Notes: generated from the sequence alone by a model not told the origin. Positions 26,424 to 37,409 are shown, numbered from the stretch's first letter. The stretch: 64,000 nucleotides of DNA from Alphaproteobacteria bacterium (GCA_964291675.2 OZ219865.1:896001-960000); one strand, 5' to 3'. Made by a program: numbers and translations.

Positions 26424-28659
26424 CCCCAACCGTCACCAGCCCGGTCCACACCTGCTCGCGGCCCGCCAGGTCGGGCATGGCGCAGGCGGCGTCCGTGTTC
26501 CAGGCGATGGCGCCGAAATCGGGATACACCGCGCTCTCCAGCGTCTCGTCGTTGCCGATATGGTCCTCGAAGGCGACCTCGACCTTGACCGTCTTGCCGG
26601 CCTGGGCGGGCCTGAGCCGGTAGCTGCCGCGCGCGAGGTTGGTGGTCGAGCTGTGGATCGTGGTCTCCGTCCCGCCGTCGAGCGCGATCCAGGTGAAGGT
26701 ATAGCTGGGCGCCTCCGCGAGCCCGTCCCGGTCGGCGAGGTCGGAGAGTGCGGCGGTCAGGATCTGGCCGACCGTGGGCGTGCCCGAGATCGCGACCCTG
26801 CCGGAAGCGGGGTTGTTGTCCGCCGCCCCGGCGGTGACCGCGAGGTCGGCGAACGCCGCGGCGTCGTTGCCGGCGCGGTCGCGGAGCGCGGTCGCCGGCT
26901 GCGGCGCGTAGTCGAGCGTCACGTCGGCCGCGCCTTCGCGGATGGAGCGGGCCAGCGCCAGGCGGAGGATGCGCCGGTCGGCGGCGTCGATCTCCACCGA
27001 GCGCAAGGCGGGCTCCGCCGTCCCGCCGATTCTCACGGTGAACCCGCCCGAACCGGAAGGCGCCGAGGCGGCGTCGAGCGGCTCCGACCAGGTGAGTGTC
27101 AACACCGGCCCCGCGACCGAGGCGCTGCTCGCCGCCGGGCGCACCCCGTCGACGCGGCGCGCCGGGTCGCGCCGGGAGCGGTGGTCGAGCCGGACGTCCT
27201 CGCCGTCGTCGGAGGCGCGGATCGTGCCGCCGTCGAGCTCCAGGCTGTGCGCCACCACGGCGATGCCGTCGGCGTCCGCGTCGCCCTCGGCCACAACGTA
27301 CTCGAAGCGATGCATCGTCCCCGCGCTTTGGCCGGTCTTCCACGGCGCCAGCACGGTCTCCGCGCCGATGCGGAGTTGGAGCCGCGGCCGCCCGGTCACC
27401 GTCACGCTCTCGTCGAAGGTCAGGTCGACGCCGATGACGCCGCCGATGGCGTAGGTCGCCGCCGCGCCGGCGAAGGCCACCGCGTCCACATGCGGGCCCT
27501 CGGGGGTGAGGTTGCGGATGGGCACGGGCATGGCGTTGGCCAGGAACGTGGCGGCGTCGTTGCCGGCGAGGTCCTGGACCCTGCTCGCCGCCGTGGCGTT
27601 CGTGCCGTGAAACGACATCACGACCGTCTGCCCCGGCTCGGCCGGGGGATCGAGGGTCATGGCGACCTGGTTCCGGTTGGTCCCGACCCCGGCGCGGACG
27701 CCGGAGAGCGTGAACGTGTTGTCGCCCACAGCGACTCTAAACACCGGGTTCCCGCCACCCCCCACGGGGCTGGTCGCCTTGAGCGCCTCGTCATAGGTCA
27801 TGGTGAGGGTCGCGCCGTCGACCTCCATGGCGAGCAGCGTCGGCGCCGTCGTGTCGGCCTGCGACAGATAGACCCGCCGCGTCGCGTGCCCCGACCAGTC
27901 GAGGCCGGAAGAGGCCCAGGTGTAGTCGAAGTTCGGGCTGCCTGAGTAGGTCGCGTCGGAGAAGTCGAAGCTGTCGCCGCAGACATGCAGCCTGAGCGCG
28001 CTTGTCGCCGTCGCCGGCAGGTCCGTCGTGGTGCTGAAATCAAGGTCTCCGTCATTCCCTACGTTGAGGGCGCCGATCGCGTAGTCCGTCCCCCCGAGGT
28101 CGAACCTCGCGTCCGACAGGCCCGAGCCGGTGTGGTGGTTGCTGTAGCCGTACCCAACTATGTTTCCGCTTGCGACGAGCTCCCCAACCGTCACCCGCCC
28201 CGTCCACACCAGCTCGCGGCCGGCGAGGTCCGGCATGGCGCAGGCGGCGTCGGCGTTCCAGGCGATGGCGCCGAAATCGGGATACACCGCGCTCTCCAGC
28301 GTCTCGGCGTTGCCGATATGGTCCTCGAAGGCGACCTCGACCTTGACCGTCTTGCCGGCCTGGGTGGGCGTGAGCAGGGCGGTGGCGGTCGGCCCGGAGC
28401 CCGTCGAGGTGGCGAACCTCTGCTCCCTGTCGCCGTCGAGCGCGGTCCAGGTGAAGGTGTAGGACGGCGATGTTGCGAGCCCGTCCCGGTCGGCGAGGTC
28501 GGAGACCGTTGCGGTCAGCCGCTGGCCCACCGTGGGCGTGCCCGAGATCGCGACCCGCCCGGTCGCCGCGTTGTTGTCCGCCGCCCCGGCGGTGACCGCG
28601 AGGTCGGCGAACGCCGCGGCGTCGTTGCCGGCGCGGTCGCGGAGCGCGGTCGCCGGCTG
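26424..28659 (-). repeat. 478-bp internal duplication (26424-26901 and 28182-28659)
   Basis: Ungapped 1758-bp offset; 90 bp identical (26812-26901 = 28570-28659). Confidence 0.85.
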
Positions 28660-29636
28660 TCCGCCGCCGCCCGGATCGCCCCGCCGTCGAGCGCGATCGG
28701 GCTCTCGCCGGCCGCCGCCCTGGCGGCAAGCGGATTTTCGCCGCCGCCGGTGAAGTCGCCCGCTTGCACGACGTACTCGAAGCGCAGCCTCGCCGTCCCC
28801 GAGCCCGAGACGTAGCGCATCTCCCGCTCCCCGGCCCCCGGCGCCTCCGCGGTCCCGTCGAGCGTGAACGCCAGCCGCGGCACGCCGCGCACGTTGACCG
28901 GCTCGGAGAAGGTCGACGCGATGACGATCCTCTCGCCGGCGCGGTAGATGCCGCCGTCCTCGGGCGTCGAGACGAAGGCGAGCGAGACCAGGACCGGCGC
29001 CGTCCGCAGCACCGGCGACAGGCCGTAGAGCCGGGCCGTGCTGATCCTGTCGAGCGTCACGACGCTGTCGTCGAGCGTCCGGGCGATCAGCGGGGTGCCG
29101 AAACGATCGTTCAGCCGTCCCATGGTGACCGCGAAGCGGTTGAATGCGGTAGGACTTCCGCCCAGCGGGCCGACGGACGCGACCCCCGCATCCGTGCTGC
29201 CGGACCAGACCGTCACCAAGGTGTTCACGCCGCTGCCGCCCGCCTCGGTGGTCCAGCGCTCGCTGTCCCAGGAGCCGTCGAGCAGGTCGGCGTAGTCGTC
29301 GGCGACCTTGGCGCCGCCGAGCCAGTAGATCGGCACCCCGGTGCCGGTGAGCCCGGCATTGTCCCTGGCGTCCACCGTCTCGGTGCTGGCGACCACCCGG
29401 AAGCCGCCGCTGAAGGCCCGGATCGCGCCGTGCCCGGCCGCGGCGTCGGCGATGACGTGGTCGTTGTAGTCGTCGATGTCGGTCGAGTTCGCGCGGGTCA
29501 ACGTAGACGGGATGAAGAGCAGCCGGAACTCCTCGCCCGAGCCCACCTCGTCGGGCAGCAGCGCCCAGTTCGACGGCACCCGTATCTTGATCCTGTCGGG
29601 GTCGGGCATCGGCGGGGCGACGAAACCCGGCATGCC

Positions 29637-31180
29637 GTCGACCTTGTGGCCGGGCTGGTTGCCGAGCTCGGGCAGGTCGAGCGGCGCGACGGCGGAGTCG
29701 CCCGTGGCCAGGATCGACCCGCCGGCGAGCCGGATCCGCCCGCAGCCCGGGTCGAGCGCCCGGTTGGCGCAGAGCGAGACCCCGTCGGTGTCGATGTCGG
29801 CGGTGACGACGGTATACGCGAAGTCGAGGCGGCGCGACCCGGTCCCCGAGGCGTAGACCGCCCGGCGCGCGTTCCCGCCCACGTCGAGCACCACATAGGG
29901 CGCGCCGGTCGCCCTCACCGTCTCGACGAAGTCGAGCCGCAGCCGGATCGTCTCGCCCGCGCTGTAGCCCGCGCCGCGAACCAGCGGGGTCGAGGAGACC
30001 GACACGCGCTTCGCCCCCGCGGTCGCGTCGACCTTGTGCCGGGACTGGTTGCGGAGCGCCGGCAGGGCGAGCGCCGGGACCGCGGAATCGGCCTGGATGA
30101 GGATCGACCCGCCGTCGAGCGTGATCGACCCGCAGCCCGCGTCCAGCGCGGTGTCGGCGCACAGCGAGACGCCGTTGTCGTCGGTCTCGCCGCGCGTCAC
30201 CGTGTAGGCGAAGGTCAGGTAGCGCGTCCCGGACCCGGACTCGTAGACCGCCCGGCGCGCCGTCCCGCCGATGTCGAGCACCACATGGGGCGCGCCGGTC
30301 ACCGTCGCCGCCTCGCCGAAATCCAACCGCACCCGGATCGTCTCGCCCGCGCTGTAGCCCGCGCCGGAGTTCAGCGGGGTCGAGGAGACCGACACGCGCT
30401 TCGTACCCGCGACCGCGTCGACGTTGTGCCCGAACTGGTTGCCGAACGCCGGCAGGTCGCGCGCGATCGCGGCCGAATCGCCCTGGGCGACGATCGACCC
30501 GCCGTCGAGCGTGATCGACCCGCAGCCGGCGTCGAGCGCGGTGTTGGCGCAGAGCGACACGCCGTTGTCGTCGGCGTCGCCGCGCGCCACCGTGTAGGCG
30601 AACACCAGGTGGTGCGTCCCGGTGCCGGACTCGTAGACCGCCCGGCGCGCCGTCCCGCCCACGTCGAGCACCAGATAGGGCGAGCCGGTCACCGTCATGG
30701 GCTCGCCGAAATCGACCCGAACCCGAATGGTCTCGCCGGTGATGTAGCCCGCGCCGCGGTCGCGCGGGTCCGACGAGATCCCCACATCCTTCCCCCGCGA
30801 CCTGCCGTCGACCGGGAACGGGACCAGGACGCCCGTGTCGGGGAGGTCGAGATCGGCGGTCGCCGAATCGGCCGCGGCGGCGATGCTCCCGCCGTTCAGC
30901 TCGATCTGCCCGCAAGCGGCGTTCTCGGTGTCGAAACACAGCGCCGGGCCGTCGCTGTCGGTCTCGCCGCGCACCACCGTGTAGGCGAAGGTCAGGTAGC
31001 GCGTCCCGGACCCGGACACGTAATCCGCGCGGCGCGCCGTCCCGCCGATGTCGAGCATCAGATAGGGCGTGCCGGTGACCGTCATCGCCTCGCCGAAATC
31101 GATCCGCACCCGGATCGCATCGCGGAAGTCGAAACGCCTGTCCGGGGGGGCCGTGGAGATCGCTACGCTGGAGACCTCGA
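29637..31180 (-). repeat. Four tandem 390-bp (130-aa) Ig-like units
   Basis: GTCGAC anchors at 29637, 30027, 30417, 30807; GETIRVRxDFGExxTVTGxPxxxLDxGG..RRAxY.SG.GT motif. Confidence 0.9.
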
Positions 31181-32299
31181 CCGTGCTGGCGACCCGGAAT
31201 ACCGGCGACAGGGCGAACAGCGAGTAGGCGATCGAGCGGGACGCCCTGTCTGCGTTCAGCGTGCCGCTGTCCTGGAGCCGGACGAGGGTGGGCCGCGAGG
31301 TCCCGAGCGGGTGGCTCGAAGCGGTGCCGTCGTTGTCGCTGCCGGTCCAGACCCAGGCGTTGTCCGCATATCTGAGCCCGACCGTGGTCCGTCCCTTGCC
31401 GCGCTTGTTGTCCCAGGACCCGTCATAGAAGTCCTGGTAGTCGTCGGCGACCTTGTCGCCGTTGACCCACCAGATCGGCACCCCCTTCGCGTCGGCGGTG
31501 TAGGTGGTCGCGGTGTTGTCGCGGGCATCCGTCGCACTCGTGCTGGCGAGCGCCGTGAACTTCGACAGATGCGGCTGGAGCGCGGCATGGTATCCGCCGG
31601 GTGTGCCTCGCACGAAGCTGTTGTAGTCGGCGATGTCCGTCGCCCACGAGTTGCGACCGAACGGGGTGGCGCCGAGCAGCCGGAACGTGTCGCCGACGCT
31701 CAGCCCCGACGGCGTGAGCGCCCAGTTGCGCGGCACGTCGACGATGTCCTGCGCGGCGGCGGGCGGGGCCAGCGCCAGCGCCAGCGCGAGCGCCGCCAGG
31801 GCAAGGCCGCGGCGGGGACGGGGTTCGGGCGGTCTCTGCAAGCTGTCCAAGGCCGGCTCTCGCGACATCCTCCGACGCACCCCCGGACGGCACCGCCGGT
31901 TGTACGCGAGTCCATGATATGCAATCCCGGGTAACATATCCGAAACAAATATATGTCAGATCGCTTTTGCAACCCCTGATTTCACAGATCGCCGCCCGCA
32001 AGCCGCCGCGCCCCGCCGCGACACGGCGTCGCGCCCCCTTCCCGCCGCCACGCGATACACGTCTGGATAGCAAAAGAAAAATGCCGTTCGCGCCGCGATG
32101 CATGCCGCCGCGGCATGGCGCGGGGGCAGCCCCGGCTAGGTCATGGCCGGGCGTCGAGCCGGCGGGCGCCTGGGGCGCTTGACGATGCCGGCACGCCCTC
32201 CTCGGCGATGAGGATGCCGGCGAAGGCGGGCGGCGGCAGCGCGCACCGGCCCGCGGCCATGCGCCGGATGCGTTCGCCGTCGCGTCGGCAATGGACGAA

Positions 32300-32480
32300 G
32301 CAGCGCTACCGCCCCGCGGGCATCGCGCGGGGGCCGGTCCTGGAATCCGCGAGATGGAGCTCGCCGGCACCGGGATCGACCTCCGACCGGCGCAGGGTCG
32401 GGAGCTCGCTCTTGCGCCAGCCGGTCGGCATCGGCAGGCGGATCGCCGTCGCGGCGGTCGGCGGAACGGCGCCGCGCCGG
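32300..32480 (-). pseudogene. Degenerate tyrosine integrase fragment
   Basis: AIRLPMPTGWRKSELPTLRRSEVD...GELHLADSRTGPR. Confidence 0.65.
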
Positions 32481-32774
32481 GGCGCGGAATACCTGCCGGC
32501 GCGGGCCCGGGCCCGACCGACGTGACGGGTGCGGTACCGCTCCAGCACCCACTCGATCCGACCCACGGAGACCCGGCAGTCCCCGGGCGGAACGAAGAGC
32601 GGCCGATTGAACCCCTCGATTTTGCGGGGTTGGCAAGAACAATTCCCGGGATCCGGAGCCGTCCCGTCAGTTGTGGTGGTGCGGCACCGCGAGCGGCAGG
32701 GTGCCGTTCTTTGGCTAGCGTTCGTCGACCCGAAGGGCATGGGCTATCGGCTCGTCCCGCAGCGGGGGCCGCTG

Positions 32775-32851
32775 GTCTCTTCGAACGCAGGGGCGTCCCC
32801 GAAGATCATGGCCGTCGTATTGGCGTAGTTGTGTTCGAGGGCGCCGACCAT
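32775..32851 (-). pseudogene. Fragment resembling the AbiEii nucleotidyltransferase C-terminus
   Basis: ALEHNYANTTAMIFGDAPAFEE. Confidence 0.4.
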
Positions 32852-32880
32852 TAAGGCAGTGCCCTGATTGCAGGTGTGCA

Positions 32881-33420
32881 TTAGCAGCCGGATTCATCCG
32901 GCTGGAAATGTCGGATTCTGGGAAGAAGATCCGGGCCGGGACAACCGTCGACGGTCGCGGCCCAGCCGATGACGTCCGGGCGGCGGCCGAACAACGCGAA
33001 GACCTGCCCGTCCCGGCCGGGGCCGGGTCGGAGGCCGCCGTCGACGCGCCAGCCGTGGGCCGCGCCGGGTTGCAGCGCCGCCGAAGGCGCGGCGATGCCA
33101 TCGGCATGGTCCCGATGCCGCCGGGCGGCGTGCTGGCATGCCGGCCAGGTGTCCGGTCCGCCGGTCAGTGTTTCGCGAGGCAGGTCCGGTCGATGCGACG
33201 GGATTTCGCCGATGTCGACCGCCCATAGGGCGCGGCGGACGGTGGCGAGGTCCTGCGGGTCGCGGATCTCCTCGTGTCGAAGAAACTCGGCCCAGGCGCC
33301 GTCCGGCGTATCGCAGAAGTAGTGGGTCAGCTCGCCCGGCGCGTTCCAGCGGCCGGCGGATTGCGACGAATCCTCCCGCAGAAAGGGAAAGCGGGGATCG
33401 GCGTGGCGATAGGCGATCAC
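32881..33420 (-). CDS. RES-domain toxin (NAD+ phosphorylase-like)
   Basis: AYRH, GRWN, YFCDTPDGAWAE, GIAAPSAA; GTG overlaps the antitoxin stop. Confidence 0.85.
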   Translation of the reverse strand: MIAYRHADPRFPFLREDSSQSAGRWNAPGELTHYFCDTPDGAWAEFLRHEEIRDPQDLATVRRALWAVDIGEIPSHRPDLPRETLTGGPDTWPACQHAARRHRDHADGIAAPSAALQPGAAHGWRVDGGLRPGPGRDGQVFALFGRRPDVIGWAATVDGCPGPDLLPRIRHFQPDESGC

Positions 33421-34037
33421 GTCGCCGGCGACGACGCCAGGGCCCGGGCCAGATCGCGGACCCTTCGGGGGCCGTCGTCGCCCGGCGACCATTCGTCGCC
33501 AAGCGCCTGCGCGGGTGTGTTCCCGTCGAGCCGTTCGCGGGGCCGGTCGAACCAGCGCCGGACCCCGATGTCGTTGTACGCGCCGCCAAGGTCCCCGGCC
33601 ACGAAGGCGAGAAAGTGGAGTCGGGCGGCGATCGCGTCCGGGGTGGAACGGTTGCCGGAAATGTAGCGCCGCGCACTGGACCGGGAGATGCCGAGGAGGC
33701 GGGTCAGCAGTTCCACGCCCAGGACGCCCTGCAGGGTGCGCCATTCGTGCGCGGGGGCCGGGGACTGGTCGAGGGCCTCGTTGATCTTCTCCAGGAGCGT
33801 GGAGAGCCGGGCGGCATCGGAGCACGGCATCCGGTGAAGTTCCGCAAGGAAGCTGCGGCCGATACCGGCCTCGGCCATGCCCGTTTCGAGCCCCTGAATC
33901 GCGGAATCGTCCAGGCAGGTGACGGGGCTCGAGAGCAGGCCCATCGCATCGGCGCGCGTCAGCGCCCCGATGGCCGCGGAGGCAAGCCTCGGGTCGTCGA
34001 ACGGACTGCGAACGGACTGGATATGGAGATTCGTCAT
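33417..34037 (-). CDS. Xre/MbcA/ParS-like antitoxin with N-terminal extension
   Basis: HTH LLTRLLGISRSSARRYISG; GVRRWFDRPRERLDGNTP. Confidence 0.8.
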   Translation of the reverse strand: MTNLHIQSVRSPFDDPRLASAAIGALTRADAMGLLSSPVTCLDDSAIQGLETGMAEAGIGRSFLAELHRMPCSDAARLSTLLEKINEALDQSPAPAHEWRTLQGVLGVELLTRLLGISRSSARRYISGNRSTPDAIAARLHFLAFVAGDLGGAYNDIGVRRWFDRPRERLDGNTPAQALGDEWSPGDDGPRRVRDLARALASSPAT

Positions 34038-34299
34038 GGTCCGAATGTATGCCACGGCGGCGGCCGGGTCAATCCAGACTGGACCGGGCTGGCAGGGATT
34101 CCTTATGGCGCAGCGACGAGATCGTTGTCGATGCTGTCGCCGATGCGCGCCGCGGACGCCTTCACGATATCGCGCGCAAGTTTCTCCGCTCCGCCGCGCC
34201 CCGCGCGGCTCCGGCCGAAAAGACGGGCGGGCGCCCATTTGCCCCAACCCCCCCCTTGCGGCACATTCCGCGTCCTGCTTGCCGCGGGCGGAGGGGAAT

Positions 34300-35934
34300 A
34301 TGGGCGAAGCGCGCAACGTGTTGTGGATCATGGCCGACCAGCTGCGCTGGGACTACCTGTCGTGCTACGGCCACCCGCATCTCGACACCCCCCATCTCGA
34401 CCGGCTGGCGGCGCGCGGGGTGCGCTTTACCAACGCCTATGTGCAGTCGCCGTTCTGCGGCCCGTCGCGCATGTCGTCCTATACCGGGCGCTATTGCCGC
34501 TCGCACGGGGTGACCTGGAACGGCTTTCCGCTGCGCGTGGGCGAGCCGACGCTGGGCGACCATCTGCGCGACATCGGGGTGAGGCCCGCGCTGGTCGGCA
34601 AGACCCACATGATTCCCGACACGCGCGGCATGGAGTGGCTCGGCATCGACCCGGGGTCCGCCATCGGCGTCAACATCGCCGAATGCGGCTTCGAGCCCTT
34701 CGAGCGCGACGACGGGCTGCACCCCTACGGCCCGCTCGACCCCGACCCGGACTACAACGCCTGGCTGCGGGAGCGCGGCCTGAACGCGGCGAACCCGTGG
34801 GAGGAGCACGCCAATGCCGGCATCGACGAAGACGGCGAGACGCGCTCGGGCTGGCTGCTCAAATACGCCAACCTGGCGGCGAATATCGACGAGGAGCTGT
34901 CCGAGACGCCCTACATGACCGGGCGCGCCATCGATTTCATGGAGCAGGCGGGGGACGGGCCCTGGCTCTGCCACCTCTCCTACATCAAGCCGCACTGGCC
35001 CTATATCGTGCCGGCGCCCTATCACGACATGTACGGGGTCGAGCACGTGCTCCCCGCGGTGCGCTCGGCGGAAGAGCGCGCGACCGACCACCCGGTGTTC
35101 CGCGCCTATATCGAGTCGCGGGTCTGCCGGACGTTCTCGCGCGACGACGTGCGCGAGCGGGTGATCCCGGCCTATATGGGGCTGGTCAAGCAGATCGACG
35201 ACCAGATGGGCCGGCTGTTCGCCTGGATGGAGGAGCGCGGGCTGATGGAGAACACGATGATCGCGTTCACCTCGGACCACGGCGACTATCTGGGCGATCA
35301 CTGGATGGGCGAGAAGGATCTGTTCCACGACGCCTCGGTCAAGGTGCCGCTGATCGTCTACGACCCGCGCGAGGCGGCGGATGCGACGCGGGGCCGGGTG
35401 CGCGACGAGCTCGTCGAGTGCATCGACCTCGCGCCGACGTTCCTGCGCTATTTCGGCGGGCGCGACCTGCCGCACATCATCGAGGGCCGGGCGCTCGACC
35501 CCCTCCTCCATTCGGCCCGGACACCGGTCGCCTGGCGGCGCTACGCGATCTCGGAATACGACTACGCCACCCGGCCGGCACGCACGGCCATCGGCAACGC
35601 GCAGGAGGACGCCCGGCTCCTGATGATCCGCGACGAGCGGTGGAAATACATCCACGCCGAGGGGTTCCGCCCGATGCTGTTCGACCTGGAGGCCGACCCC
35701 GACGAGCTGTGCGATCTCGGCGCGAGCGCCGCACCGGAACACGAGGCGGTCCGCGCCCGGCTGCACGAGGCGCTGTTCGCCTGGGCGCGGCAACACCACT
35801 GCCGGATCACGCTGGAGCCCGAGACCATCGAGCGGATGACCGCCGCCGTGGAGCCGCCCGGCATCCTGATCGGTTACTGGGACGAGGCGGAGTACGAGGC
35901 CGAGTTCGGCAAGCCCTTCGCCGAGCGTCCCTGA
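34300..35934 (+). CDS. Sulfatase / phosphonate-monoester-hydrolase-like enzyme
   Basis: NVLWIMADQLR, CGPSRMSSYTGRY formylglycine motif, GKTH, KPHWP, TSDHG. Confidence 0.9.
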   Translation: MGEARNVLWIMADQLRWDYLSCYGHPHLDTPHLDRLAARGVRFTNAYVQSPFCGPSRMSSYTGRYCRSHGVTWNGFPLRVGEPTLGDHLRDIGVRPALVGKTHMIPDTRGMEWLGIDPGSAIGVNIAECGFEPFERDDGLHPYGPLDPDPDYNAWLRERGLNAANPWEEHANAGIDEDGETRSGWLLKYANLAANIDEELSETPYMTGRAIDFMEQAGDGPWLCHLSYIKPHWPYIVPAPYHDMYGVEHVLPAVRSAEERATDHPVFRAYIESRVCRTFSRDDVRERVIPAYMGLVKQIDDQMGRLFAWMEERGLMENTMIAFTSDHGDYLGDHWMGEKDLFHDASVKVPLIVYDPREAADATRGRVRDELVECIDLAPTFLRYFGGRDLPHIIEGRALDPLLHSARTPVAWRRYAISEYDYATRPARTAIGNAQEDARLLMIRDERWKYIHAEGFRPMLFDLEADPDELCDLGASAAPEHEAVRARLHEALFAWARQHHCRITLEPETIERMTAAVEPPGILIGYWDEAEYEAEFGKPFAERP

Positions 35935-35936
35935 CC

Positions 35937-37409
35937 GTGCCGGTCCGCACCGCCGCGCAGTTCCTCGACGCGCTCAAGGACGGGCGCGACATCTCGATCG
36001 AGGGCGAACGGGTCCGCGACATCGCGGGCGATCCCCGCTTCGCCGGCGCCGCCCGGGCGATGGCCCGGCTGATGGAGATGCAGCACGAGCCGGCGTTGCA
36101 CGAGATCATGACCTACGAATCGCCCGATACCGGGGACCGCGTGGGCATGACCCATATCCAGCCGCGCTCGCGCGGGGACGTCATCGCGCGCAACGACGCG
36201 ATCAAGGTCTGGATGGACGAGTCCTGCGGCATGCTGGGGCGCTCGCCCGACTTCAAGAACGTGATGATCTCGGCCTACGCGGCGGCCGGCGAGCGCTTCG
36301 ACCGGGACGCCTTCAAGGGCGGCGACAACATCCGCGCCTTCCACCGCCACGTGCGCGAGAACGACCTGATCACCACCCACGTGCTGGTCAACCCGCAGGT
36401 CGACCGCTCGCGCCCGGCCCATCTGGAGACCTCCGACGTGGTGGCGCGGATCGTGGGCGAGACCGATTCGGGGGTGGTGATCCGCGGCGCCCGCATGGTG
36501 GCGACGCTGTGCGCGCTGGCCGACGAGCTCCTGGTGATGCCGGCGGCATCGCGCTGGTCGGACGAGATGCGCGACACCACCGCGTTCTCCTTCGGCTTCG
36601 CCATCCCGGTGTCGACGCCGGGGCTGCGCTTCATCTGCCGCCCGCCGGTGGCGCAGACCAACGCGCCCTCGCTGCTCGACCACCCGCTGTCGCTGCAATA
36701 CGACGAATCGGACGGGCTGGTGATCTTCGAGGACGTGACCGTGCCCTGGGAGCGCGTGTTCATCCACCGCGACCCCGAGTTCGACCAGCTCGTCAACCCG
36801 CAATCCCACACCCTGCCGGCCACGCTGATGCAGTCGGTGGTGCGCGCCACGTCGAAGTCGGAGTTCATGATGGCGCTGACGCTCGCCGTCGCGCGGGCCT
36901 CGAGGATCGACGTCCACAACCCGGTGCAGGTGCAGCTCGCCGAGACCATCGCGATCGCCGAGTTCGCCCGCACCTGCCGCGTGGCGGCCGAGGCCGAGGC
37001 GCGCGAGACCGAGTTCGGCACCTGGGTCGCCGGCCACCGCCCGCTGCAGACCTGGCAGAGCCTGTACTGGAAGATGTACAACCGCCAGTGCGAGATCCTG
37101 AACACGCTGGGCGCCGGCGGGATGGTGGCCGTGCCGTCCTACGCCGAGGTGGCGGGTGAGCTCAGGGACAGCGTCGAGACCTATTTCCAGTCGGCCAATG
37201 CGAGCGCGCCCGAGCGCATCCGGCTGCTGCGCCTCGCCTTCGACGCCTCGCTGTCGAGCTTCGCCGGGCGCCAGCGACTTTATGAGCAGTTCTACACCGG
37301 CGACCCGATGCGCACCCAGGCGCTGCTCTACCGGATGTACGACACCGACACCCACATCGCCCGCATCCACGCCATGCTGGACGACCTGGAGGCGCGCGGC
37401 TCCGGCTAG
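35937..37409 (+). CDS. 4-hydroxyphenylacetate 3-hydroxylase-family flavin monooxygenase, oxygenase component
   Basis: FLDALKDGR, LGRSPDF, VNPQVDRS, IRGARMVAT, YDESDG, RQRLYEQFY.GDP. Confidence 0.88.
   Translation: MPVRTAAQFLDALKDGRDISIEGERVRDIAGDPRFAGAARAMARLMEMQHEPALHEIMTYESPDTGDRVGMTHIQPRSRGDVIARNDAIKVWMDESCGMLGRSPDFKNVMISAYAAAGERFDRDAFKGGDNIRAFHRHVRENDLITTHVLVNPQVDRSRPAHLETSDVVARIVGETDSGVVIRGARMVATLCALADELLVMPAASRWSDEMRDTTAFSFGFAIPVSTPGLRFICRPPVAQTNAPSLLDHPLSLQYDESDGLVIFEDVTVPWERVFIHRDPEFDQLVNPQSHTLPATLMQSVVRATSKSEFMMALTLAVARASRIDVHNPVQVQLAETIAIAEFARTCRVAAEAEARETEFGTWVAGHRPLQTWQSLYWKMYNRQCEILNTLGAGGMVAVPSYAEVAGELRDSVETYFQSANASAPERIRLLRLAFDASLSSFAGRQRLYEQFYTGDPMRTQALLYRMYDTDTHIARIHAMLDDLEARGSG

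Larger units (their letters stand above)
24496..31868 (-). pseudogene. Giant repetitive adhesin/autotransporter, frameshifted at about 28660
   Basis: GGAGG+ATG at 31868, signal LALAPPAAA-Q, two KVADDY..DGSWD domains, Ig-like repeats; after 28659 continues in another frame through SwmB-like and Calx-beta domains to a barrel ending VRF. Confidence 0.8.

Noticed and set aside
24496-30939. 2147-aa ORF as a single real gene
   Set aside because: Its first about 760 aa are an Arg-rich shadow frame; real coding enters this frame only at about 28659.
29637-31180. Tandem repeats as a CRISPR or non-coding array
   Set aside because: The 390-bp in-frame coding units have no short repeat/spacer pattern, and there are no cas genes.
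32520-32670. Possible IS end (GGAGCCGTCCCGTCAGTT, AACCCC...GGGGTT palindrome)
   Set aside because: No partner end or recognisable transposase was found.
33138-37409. 1423-aa ORF as a giant fusion protein
   Set aside because: Only 35937-37409 is protein-like (HpaB family); the rest is off-frame read-through over other genes in GC-rich DNA.
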